Shown here piece by piece: positions 1 to 6,778 of a stretch of DNA of 14,464 bases; positions within the stretch are counted from its first letter, which is position 1; every line of letters begins with the position of its first letter. The notes below the pieces were generated by a model. The model was not told the origin of the DNA and made no database searches. It saw only the letters and a program-made list of their open reading frames with translations. Where the stretch lies: contig JBBIJQ010000051.1 of assembly GCA_037445915.1 (NCBI GenBank), positions 1-14,464 of the forward strand, in the 5' to 3' direction. Both the position numbers and the translations under genes were made by a program. Source of the DNA: Planctomycetales bacterium. Its GTDB lineage: Bacteria; 4484-113.

Positions 1-8
1 TCAGGAAG

Positions 9-17
9 ATTATACCA
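9..17 (-). promoter_or_regulatory. Extended -10 sigma70-type promoter (TGgTATAAT) firing leftwards off the window
   Basis: Reverse complement of 9-17 (attatacca) is TGGTATAAT, a perfect extended -10; the downstream gene lies outside the window. Confidence 0.5.
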
Positions 18-19
18 AG

Positions 20-110
20 TGAGGGGGATGAGCGGGGAAGAAGGGGTATGGGGGAAATTGGGATTAGGGATGATGGGCTAGGGGAAAGAGATGAGGGGTA
101 AGACGGGAAT
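20..110. repeat. Purine/G-rich low-complexity tract of degenerate GGGATGA/GGGGAA units
   Basis: gagggggatgagcggggaagaaggggtatgggggaaattgggattagggatgatgggctaggggaaagagatgaggggtaagacggg: almost no C and about ten runs of 3 or more G. Confidence 0.55.
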
Positions 111-147
111 GGTAGGTCGTAGATCGCAGTTGGACCCAGATTCCTGA

Positions 148-169
148 GCCACACTAAAGTGTGGCCTAC
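148..169 (-). repeat. GTAG-family REP-like palindrome
   Basis: gccacac-taaa-gtgtggc is a perfect 7-bp stem followed by ctac; on the minus strand it reads GTAG+GCCACAC TTTA GTGTGGC, the layout of GTAG REPs. It lies just downstream of the minus-strand operon. Confidence 0.6.
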
Positions 170-171
170 GG

Positions 172-211
172 ATTCCAGAGCTGGGCTGGTTAGCCCGGCG
201 TACTCAGTTGA
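172..211. repeat. ~40-bp dispersed hairpin repeat, copy 1 (copy 2 at 6696-6737)
   Basis: attccagagctgggctggttagcccggcgtactcagttga aligns with attccagagctaggctgtatgcccggcggactcggtagttga; internal stem gctgggct/agcccggc. Confidence 0.65.
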
Positions 212-232
212 AATTGTTACGAGAAAGTCGCG

Positions 233-760
233 TTACAAAAACTCAATTAGGAGGGCGTCGCGGGTGACGACCTCGCCGTTGGTGACGGCGACCTTCTTGA
301 CGACGCCGGAAACGGTGCTGGTCAGCTCGTTTTCCATCTTCATCGCCTCAAGCACAGCGACGACGGTTCCAAGCTCCACCTGGTCTCCTTCCTTCACGTA
401 GATGTCCAGTATCTTGCCGGGCATGGGCGCAGTGATGCATTTCTGGGCGCTGGGACCTGCGCCGTCGCGCGCGTATTTCGCCAGAATCTGCGTAAGCTGC
501 TCCTCCTGCGGCGTCTTCACCTCGGCCACAAAGCTTTGGTTGCCTATGTTCAACTCGGCTAGCTTGCCTTGCTTGCGCGCGAATTCAAAGAAACCGACCT
601 TGCCATCAATACCCATCGTGATTGAGGTAGGCTTCAGCTCAATGACGTCTACCGGCAGCTTCTCGCCGTCAATGGCGACGATGAACGCGCCTTCGCGCTC
701 GGAGTCTTCAGCTATCTCCAGGTTGAACTGTTTTCCGGCAACAACGGCAACAAGTTTCAT
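233..760 (-). CDS. Biotin carboxyl carrier protein (AccB-like) with N-terminal beta-rich extension, acyl-CoA carboxylase subunit
   Basis: C-terminal biotinyl domain with ITAPMPGKIL and the LEAMKMENE biotinylation motif; GGAGG SD 5 nt upstream; ATGA overlap with the biotin carboxylase stop. Confidence 0.93.
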   Translation of the reverse strand: MKLVAVVAGKQFNLEIAEDSEREGAFIVAIDGEKLPVDVIELKPTSITMGIDGKVGFFEFARKQGKLAELNIGNQSFVAEVKTPQEEQLTQILAKYARDGAGPSAQKCITAPMPGKILDIYVKEGDQVELGTVVAVLEAMKMENELTSTVSGVVKKVAVTNGEVVTRDALLIEFL

Positions 761-2289
761 TGCTTCCTCCGTAGGCGCGTTGCATAAGGGGAATTATGGA
801 CGTTAACCGCAGCCATTGGGTTGAACTCCGGCCGCGCCTTCGCCTGTGACAGATGGTAGATGAGCGCAGCGGCAATAGCGACATCGCGCATATGGACTTT
901 CTGGTCGGGGCTGGCGAAGAACTTTTCTATCTCACGCGGCGTAAAGTGCTCGTCCACAAAGCCGGTAGAGAAATTGCCCTTCACGAAATCAGGATGCGAC
1001 ATAACGAACTCGTGGAAGGGAATTGTCGTCTTCACGCCCGTTACGATGAACTCGCGCAGGGCGCGGCGCATCTTTGCTATCGCCGTTGCGCGGTCATGGG
1101 CGTGGCTAATGAGCTTCCCAATCATCGAGTCGTAGTGCATCGGTATCTCATAGCCCTCGTAAGCCGACGAATCAAGGCGGATGCCGTTCCCCATCGGCGG
1201 GATGTAACGGTTCAGCCTCCCTGTCGCGGGAAGAAAGTCGGTTAATGGGTCTTCGGCGTTGATGCGCGCCTCAATGCTGTGGCCGATAATCTTCACATCC
1301 TCCTGCTTGTAGGAGAGCTTCTGGCCTTCGGCGACAAGTATCTGCTCGCGCACAAGGTCGGTATTAGTGACCATTTCGGTTACGGGATGCTCCACCTGCA
1401 GACGGGTGTTCATCTCCATAAAGTAAAACTTGCCGCGCGCATCAAGCAGGAACTCCACCGTGCCCGCGCCGTAGTAGCCTCCGCTCTTGGCGACTTTGAC
1501 TGCAACCGCGCCCATTTCCGCACGCAGCTTTTCGTCAACCGCCGCGCTGGGGGCTTCTTCCAGCAGCTTTTGGTGGCGGCGCTGGATACTGCACTCACGC
1601 TCTCCGAGGTGTATCAGGCTGCCGAACTGGTCGCCGAGAACTTGAAACTCAATATGGCGCGGCTTTTCAATGTACTTCTCCAGGAAGACCTTGTCGCTTC
1701 CAAACGCAGTAAGGCTTTCGCTCTGCGCAGCGCGGAACGCTTTGGCGAACTCATCCTCCGTGCGCACGACGCGCATGCCGCGCCCGCCCCCGCCAGCGGC
1801 AGCCTTAATGATGATAGGCGGTTTTATTTCATTGAACGCCTTCAGCCCTTCATCAAGCGCTTGCACCGGCTCAGGCGTCCCGGGGACGCATTCAACGCCA
1901 GCCTGCGCCGCCATCTTCTTTGCGATAAGCTTGTCTCCAAAGTCTTGGATGCACTTCGCCGACGGCCCGACGAAGATAATGCCCGCGCCTTCAAGCGCCT
2001 GGGCGAAATCGGCATTCTCGGAGAGGAAGCCGTAGCCAGGGTGGACTGCGTCAATGTTGTGCTTCTTGCAGATGTCAACAATCAGCGGGATGTTGAGGTA
2101 GGTTTCCGCCGGTGTGTTCCCTGCCAGGCGGTAAGAGCTGGATGCGTGGACGATGTGCAGGGCGTTGCTGTCCGCATCCGAGTAAATGGCTTCAGGCTCA
2201 ATCTCCATCTCGTAGCAAGTGCGGATAATGCGCAACGCGATTTCGCCACGGTTGGCGACGAGCAACTTTTTTATCTTGCGTTTAGGCAT
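757..2289 (-). CDS. accC: Biotin carboxylase subunit of acetyl/propionyl-CoA carboxylase
   Basis: Motifs KLLVANRGEIA, HPGYGFLSEN, KAAAGGGGRGMR, ERECSIQRRHQK, EMNTRLQVEHPVTE, RINAEDP, YDSMIGKL. Start moved from 2364 to ATG 2289 (MPKRKIKK), which has AGGA 7 nt upstream and follows the meaB stop. Confidence 0.96.
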   Translation of the reverse strand: MPKRKIKKLLVANRGEIALRIIRTCYEMEIEPEAIYSDADSNALHIVHASSSYRLAGNTPAETYLNIPLIVDICKKHNIDAVHPGYGFLSENADFAQALEGAGIIFVGPSAKCIQDFGDKLIAKKMAAQAGVECVPGTPEPVQALDEGLKAFNEIKPPIIIKAAAGGGGRGMRVVRTEDEFAKAFRAAQSESLTAFGSDKVFLEKYIEKPRHIEFQVLGDQFGSLIHLGERECSIQRRHQKLLEEAPSAAVDEKLRAEMGAVAVKVAKSGGYYGAGTVEFLLDARGKFYFMEMNTRLQVEHPVTEMVTNTDLVREQILVAEGQKLSYKQEDVKIIGHSIEARINAEDPLTDFLPATGRLNRYIPPMGNGIRLDSSAYEGYEIPMHYDSMIGKLISHAHDRATAIAKMRRALREFIVTGVKTTIPFHEFVMSHPDFVKGNFSTGFVDEHFTPREIEKFFASPDQKVHMRDVAIAAALIYHLSQAKARPEFNPMAAVNVHNSPYATRLRRKQ

Positions 2290-2302
2290 ATGGCGATCCT
2301 GT

Positions 2303-3265
2303 TCAGATTTGGGCGGCGATTCTTTCCAGAAGTCTGTCCGCAGCCTCGTTGGCATCAAGCTCACCCGCTATTACGCGGCGTGCAAGAGCAAGCAACTCGT
2401 CGCGCTGGGGACTTCTTTCCAGAATGGACTTAACACGCCCCTCAACGATGAATTTTATCTCATTTGCAGTTTGGTGTCTCCGCCGCTCTTCCGTTCTCCC
2501 GAACTCGCTGACAAACTCGCGGTGGGCGTTGAATGCAGCCAGCAGATCTTCCGCGCCTTCGCTTTGCTTGGCGCATAGCTTCAGCACCGGTCTTTGCCAT
2601 TCGCCAGGTTTTTCCACTGGGGAAAGCAGCGCGGATATTTCGGCGGCAAGCGCGCCAGCGCCCGGCCGGTCTGCCTTGTTAACGGCGTAAATGTCCGCAA
2701 TCTCCATAACGCCGGCCTTCATCGCCTGCACCCCGTCCCCGCTTTCAGGCGAAAGCACGAGCACGACGGTATCGCTGATGTCAGCGATATCAAATCCGGT
2801 CTGCCCCATCCCGACAGTCTCTATCAGCACGATGTCCATGCCGAAAGCTTCCAGCACTTGGACAATGCCTGATGTCGCAGATGACAAGCCGCCTAATGAA
2901 CCACGGCTTCCGACGCTGCGGATATAAACACCGGGGTCATCTTCCGCGACTGCCATCCGCACGCGGTCGCCCAGCACAGCGCCGCCGGAAAACGGCGAGC
3001 TTGGGTCAACGGCAACAACTCCAACGCGCAAACCCTTCCCGCGCAGAAGCGCGATGAGAGCGTTGGTGAGGGTGCTCTTGCCTACCCCAGGGCTTCCGGT
3101 TATGCCAAGGCGCGGCTTACGCTGCGTTGAACGCCAGAGGGCTGACGAAAGCTCACGACCGAATGATGGGTCGGCTTCCAGCGCGCTAATCGCGCGCGCC
3201 ACGGCGCGCAGCTCTCCGGCGAGAATGCGCCCGGCATACCCCCCCGCGCCTTCATTCAATGCCAC
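2303..3265 (-). CDS. meaB: Methylmalonyl-CoA mutase-associated GTPase MeaB (ArgK/MMAA family)
   Basis: GITGSPGVGKST P-loop, VDPSSPFSGGAVLGDRVRM, ETVG, KAGVMEIAD, VNKAD. Start placed at GTG 3265 (TAAGG 8 nt upstream, just after the upstream stop); the ORF is open to 3307, so the start is uncertain. Confidence 0.93.
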   Translation of the reverse strand: MALNEGAGGYAGRILAGELRAVARAISALEADPSFGRELSSALWRSTQRKPRLGITGSPGVGKSTLTNALIALLRGKGLRVGVVAVDPSSPFSGGAVLGDRVRMAVAEDDPGVYIRSVGSRGSLGGLSSATSGIVQVLEAFGMDIVLIETVGMGQTGFDIADISDTVVLVLSPESGDGVQAMKAGVMEIADIYAVNKADRPGAGALAAEISALLSPVEKPGEWQRPVLKLCAKQSEGAEDLLAAFNAHREFVSEFGRTEERRRHQTANEIKFIVEGRVKSILERSPQRDELLALARRVIAGELDANEAADRLLERIAAQI

Positions 3266-3275
3266 CGCCGCCGCC

Positions 3276-4502
3276 TTATTCAGCGCCCTCGGATTGGGAC
3301 GCTGCACTCTTGCCTGCGGCTAACATCTCGCTCTTGGGGCCGAAGACAAAGACCTGGTTGTTGCTCAAGTCAGCTACGAATACATAGCCCTCTTCATCGA
3401 TTTCCAAATAGCCCGGCGTGCCAAGCTGGGGATGCATAAGCTTGTACATGGGCTTGAACTTGCTGGAGAAAGCAGTAACGCCGGGAGTCGTTTCGCTCTG
3501 GTCAGAGAGGTACACGACGCCGTTTTTGGTCACTGCGATATCAAACGGAACTGTGAACACCGTCGGGCGGCCTGGGCCTGAGCCTACAACAGCGTGAAGA
3601 AAAGAGCCATCCTCGCGGAACACTTGAATGCGGCGGTTGTTCATATCAACCGCGAGCACCATCCCATTGTAAAAAGCGACACCAGCGATGTAGTTGAACT
3701 GGCCCTGCTTACTGCCCTTGCCCATCCACTCGTCGCTCTTTTGCTGCCGCACCTCTGGCGACGCTACTTGATAGACCGTATCCAGGTAGTTGCCATAGTC
3801 GCGGTTGAAACCGCGCCTGCTGCCAGTGATAAATGCGTTATCCTCCAGCCTGAACACCTCAAAGCAGCTGTTGAGGACGTCTCCGACGACTATGTTGCCA
3901 CGCTCCTCATCGCAGGAGATGGAGACGGGTAGCAGGCTGTCTATGTCGTGGATGCGGAGAAGCTCTCCTTCGGCCGAGAACCGCAAGACTTCAGGATTCA
4001 TCATCGCCTCGTTGGTCGTAGCGCGGGAGTGGAAGTTGTTCAGCACCAGAACATCCCCGTTGTCCATAGCCACGTCAAAGGCGCGGAAGAACCGGCGGGC
4101 GGCGATTTCCTCGACAACTATCGCCTGCATCATCTCATCTTCGGAGGCGTTGCGGTTTGTGACTAGCTGTTCTTCGCTTACGCCGTAAGTTGTCACATCA
4201 AGTCCGCTGCCCCACGAAGCTATGTACTTGCCGCTGTAATCAAAGACCTGGATGCGCGAAACTTGCTGGTCTGCCACGTATATCCGGCCGTTGTGCGCCG
4301 CAAGCCCGCCAATGCGCTTGAACTGGCCTTTGCCGGTGCCGGTGCCGCCGAATGAAGCGATGAATCCCAGGCCAGACGCGCCCAGGGGGATTTTTTCCGC
4401 CGTGGATCCTGATGTCAGCCTGGCGCGCTGCGGGTCCACCGGGCAGCTTGCAGCCAGCCAACACACGCAAATCAGCAACATAAATAGATGTAGTCTCTTC
4501 AT
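3276..4502 (-). CDS. NHL-repeat beta-propeller lipoprotein
   Basis: NHL repeats (FGGTGTGKGQF..IYVADQQVSRIQVFD..GKYIASWG; GSKQGQF..AVDMNNRRIQVF; VFVADLSNNQVFVF). From ATG 4502, MKRLHLFMLLICVCWLAAS-C is a signal peptide with a lipobox-like Cys20. Starts 7 nt after the ribBA stop. Confidence 0.85.
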   Translation of the reverse strand: MKRLHLFMLLICVCWLAASCPVDPQRARLTSGSTAEKIPLGASGLGFIASFGGTGTGKGQFKRIGGLAAHNGRIYVADQQVSRIQVFDYSGKYIASWGSGLDVTTYGVSEEQLVTNRNASEDEMMQAIVVEEIAARRFFRAFDVAMDNGDVLVLNNFHSRATTNEAMMNPEVLRFSAEGELLRIHDIDSLLPVSISCDEERGNIVVGDVLNSCFEVFRLEDNAFITGSRRGFNRDYGNYLDTVYQVASPEVRQQKSDEWMGKGSKQGQFNYIAGVAFYNGMVLAVDMNNRRIQVFREDGSFLHAVVGSGPGRPTVFTVPFDIAVTKNGVVYLSDQSETTPGVTAFSSKFKPMYKLMHPQLGTPGYLEIDEEGYVFVADLSNNQVFVFGPKSEMLAAGKSAASQSEGAE

Positions 4503-4509
4503 ATGAGCA

Positions 4510-5727
4510 TTATCCCGAAGTTGGAAGGTGTCCCATCTTCTTGTGCTTGGTTTCAATGTAATAGGCGTTTTCGCTGTTGCGCACTTCGTCTATCGGGACA
4601 TCCACGCGCTCCACGATTTCAATGCCGTAAGCCTCCAGCCCCACCAGCTTTTGCGGGTTGTTGGTCATCACGAGGATTTGCTTGAGCCCAAGGTCGCGAA
4701 GTATCTGCGCGCCAACGCCGTAATCGCGCTTATCAACAGGGAAGCCAAGCTTCAGGTTCGCCTCAACCGTGTCCATCCCGTCATCCTGCAAGTGGTAGGC
4801 GCGTATCTTGTTTAGCAACCCTATGCCCCGCCCTTCCTGGCGCAGGTAGATGATGGCGCCGCTGCCCTCTTCAGAGATGCGGCGCATTGCAAAGCGAAGT
4901 TGCGGCCCGCAGTCGCAGCGCATGCTTCCAAACACGTCGCCGGTCAGGCATTCGCTGTGCACGCGCACAAGCGCAGGCTTTGACGAGTCAAGCTCGCCAA
5001 AGACAAACGCGACGTGGTGCTCGCCCGACGCAGGCACGCGGTAGCCGATTACACGGAAGTCGCCGAAGATCGTCGGCATTCGCGCTTCGTCCACGCGCTC
5101 CACCAGCGTCTCGGTGCGCAGGCGGTAGCGCACAATATCCTGCACGTGTAGAAGAAGCAGGCCGTGCTTTTCGGAGAATGCAGTCAACTCGGGAAGGCGC
5201 GCCATCGCTCCGTCTTCGCGCATTATTTCACAGATGACCGCGACTTCCTTCAAGCCAGCGAGCTTGCACAGGTCAATGCTGCCCTCGGTTTGCCCCACCC
5301 TGCGCAGTACGCCGCCCTGCACTGCACGCAGCGGGAACATATGGCCGGGGCGGCGCAGGTCGTCAGGCTTGGAGTTATCGTCGGCCAGCACTTGCGCAGT
5401 ATGCGCGCGGTCGGACGCGGAGATGCCGGTAGTCGTGCCCTTGCGCGCATCAACGCTGACAGTAAAGGCGGTGCCGTGCATCTCGGTGTTGTCGGGCGTC
5501 ATCAAGGACAGGTTGAGCTTTGCCAAGCGCTCGGCGGACATTGGCACGCAAATCAAGCCGCGCGCCTCGGTCGCCATGAGGTTAATGGCCTCGGGCGTGG
5601 CGAACTGGCCAGCCATAACAAGGTCGTTTTCGCGCTCAAAGTCATCCATCAGGATTATGAGGCGGCCCGCACGCAGCTCGTCCAGCGCCTTTTCCACGCG
5701 TTCAACGAAATGGTCGTTACTTTCCAT
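4510..5727 (-). CDS. ribBA: Bifunctional 3,4-dihydroxy-2-butanone-4-phosphate synthase / GTP cyclohydrolase II
   Basis: RibB motifs GLICVP, FTVSVDA, TTGISASDR, RPGHMFPL; RibA motifs RVHSECLTGDVFGSMRCDCG, QEGRGIGLLNK, DTVEAN, RDYGVGAQIL, TNNPQK. The RENEGD motif lacks EG (see findings). Confidence 0.96.
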   Translation of the reverse strand: MESNDHFVERVEKALDELRAGRLIILMDDFERENDLVMAGQFATPEAINLMATEARGLICVPMSAERLAKLNLSLMTPDNTEMHGTAFTVSVDARKGTTTGISASDRAHTAQVLADDNSKPDDLRRPGHMFPLRAVQGGVLRRVGQTEGSIDLCKLAGLKEVAVICEIMREDGAMARLPELTAFSEKHGLLLLHVQDIVRYRLRTETLVERVDEARMPTIFGDFRVIGYRVPASGEHHVAFVFGELDSSKPALVRVHSECLTGDVFGSMRCDCGPQLRFAMRRISEEGSGAIIYLRQEGRGIGLLNKIRAYHLQDDGMDTVEANLKLGFPVDKRDYGVGAQILRDLGLKQILVMTNNPQKLVGLEAYGIEIVERVDVPIDEVRNSENAYYIETKHKKMGHLPTSG

Positions 5728-6358
5728 AGCCCATATTGCGGAGCGCGTCCAGGCTCATGCCTGTACGCATCTGAAACAGGCAATGATAAACACTCTTAAC
5801 CAGCATATCAACCTCAAGGTTTACCTGCGCGCCCGCCTTGAGATGGCCGAGGTTCGTATCTTTCGCAGTTAGCGGAATGATGCTCACGCTGAAGCTGTCT
5901 GCCTGCACTTCGCGCACCGTCAGACTCACGCCGTTTAGCGCCACGCTTGCGCTTGCGAATACTATCGACTTGAGCTCTTCAGGCAGCTCAACGCGAAGCT
6001 CCGCGTCGCGGCTGCCATCCGAGGGCTTCCAGCTAATGACGCGCACGGCGGCGTCAATGTGCCCTTGCACAAAATGCCCGCCGAAGGAATCGCCTGCAGC
6101 AAGCGCGGGTTCAAGGTTCACCTTGTCGCCACGGCGAAGGCCGGACAGGTTCGTGGACTCGCAAGTCGCCTTGAGGACGGATGCGCTGAATGCCTGCGGC
6201 TCCAGCTTGTCGCAAGTCAGGCACACGCCGTTTACCGCGACCGAGTCGCCGAGTTTGAGGCTGGGGGCGGTGGCGGGGCATTCCACCTCCAGCACGCCTG
6301 GGCCAGCGCCCGGTGCGGCGCGCACGATTCCTACTTCGCGAATGATGCCTGTGAACAT
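5717..6358 (-). CDS. ribE: Riboflavin synthase (alpha chain)
   Basis: Obligate N-terminus MFTGII fixes the start at 6358; GDSVAVNGVCLT, VNLE, GGHFVQGHID, NGVSLTV, VNLEVD; overlaps the ribBA start by 11 nt. Confidence 0.95.
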   Translation of the reverse strand: MFTGIIREVGIVRAAPGAGPGVLEVECPATAPSLKLGDSVAVNGVCLTCDKLEPQAFSASVLKATCESTNLSGLRRGDKVNLEPALAAGDSFGGHFVQGHIDAAVRVISWKPSDGSRDAELRVELPEELKSIVFASASVALNGVSLTVREVQADSFSVSIIPLTAKDTNLGHLKAGAQVNLEVDMLVKSVYHCLFQMRTGMSLDALRNMGYGK

Positions 6359-6366
6359 CGGGGATA

Positions 6367-6375
6367 AGTATAACA
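6367..6375 (-). promoter_or_regulatory. Extended -10 promoter (TGtTATACT) 8 nt before the ribE ATG; probable leaderless transcript
   Basis: Minus strand reads ctgtTATACTtatccccgATG; no SD sequence between the box and the ATG. Confidence 0.65.
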
Positions 6376-6665
6376 GGGGAAGGAGGAAGTAGTATGTTGC
6401 AAGTAGCAAGGCGGATTTCAGGATGGAGGGAAGAGGTTAGGGATGAGGGGTACAAGGTAAGTTCCGGTATGGCAGGACGTGGAACGTATAACAGGCAGGC
6501 CGCTCTTACCAGTGCAGCCGTAGGATTTCCAGCGTTCTGCCCTCCGCTTCGCCCGCGCCGCGCCCTCGCGCTTAAGCCTTGCTCCAGCGTTCCGCCCTTG
6601 CGGAAGGCAGAAAGAGAATGATGAGCCAACAGAGGAAAAGGAAACTATAGTCTCCGCTGTCGAAT

Positions 6666-6688
6666 CACGTCCGAGACGGCCGCGCTAC
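6666..6688 (-). repeat. GTAG-family REP-like palindrome
   Basis: Minus strand reads GTAG-CGCGGCCG-TCT-CGGACGTG, an imperfect stem preceded by GTAG. Confidence 0.55.
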
Positions 6689-6695
6689 CAGGGGA

Positions 6696-6737
6696 ATTCC
6701 AGAGCTAGGCTGTATGCCCGGCGGACTCGGTAGTTGA
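6696..6737. repeat. ~40-bp dispersed hairpin repeat, copy 2 (copy 1 at 172-211)
   Basis: Shares the blocks attccagagct, ggctg, gcccggcg, actc and agttga, in order, with 172-211. Confidence 0.65.
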
Positions 6738-6766
6738 GTTAGGCTAAGCGGGCAAGGCGGCCGGTA

Positions 6767-6772
6767 TATACT
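6767..6772 (+). promoter_or_regulatory. -10 box TATACT 6 nt before ATG 6779; probable leaderless promoter
   Basis: ggtaTATACTtatcgtATG; no SD present. Confidence 0.6.
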
Positions 6773-6778
6773 TATCGT

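Noticed and set aside
1279..2433. 384-aa plus-strand ORF and other long antisense ORFs (e.g. 5164-5799, 5234-5872, 5838-6392, 6860-7570)
   Set aside because: They shadow well-supported genes on the opposite strand, as expected in GC-rich DNA, and carry no recognisable motifs.
5280..5305. RibB GHTE motif reading GQTEG
   Set aside because: I recall this as a recurring natural variant in RibBA proteins, so it is not evidence of inactivation by itself.
6111..6629. 172-aa minus-strand ORF across the ribE upstream region
   Set aside because: Overlaps ribE out of frame, is Arg/Pro/Gly-rich, and crosses repeats and the promoter.
6376..6766. FMN riboswitch upstream of ribE
   Set aside because: No RFN consensus blocks (e.g. 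AGGGC.GGGTGAAATTCCC.ACCGGCGGT) seen on the minus strand, and the promoter appears to abut the ATG.
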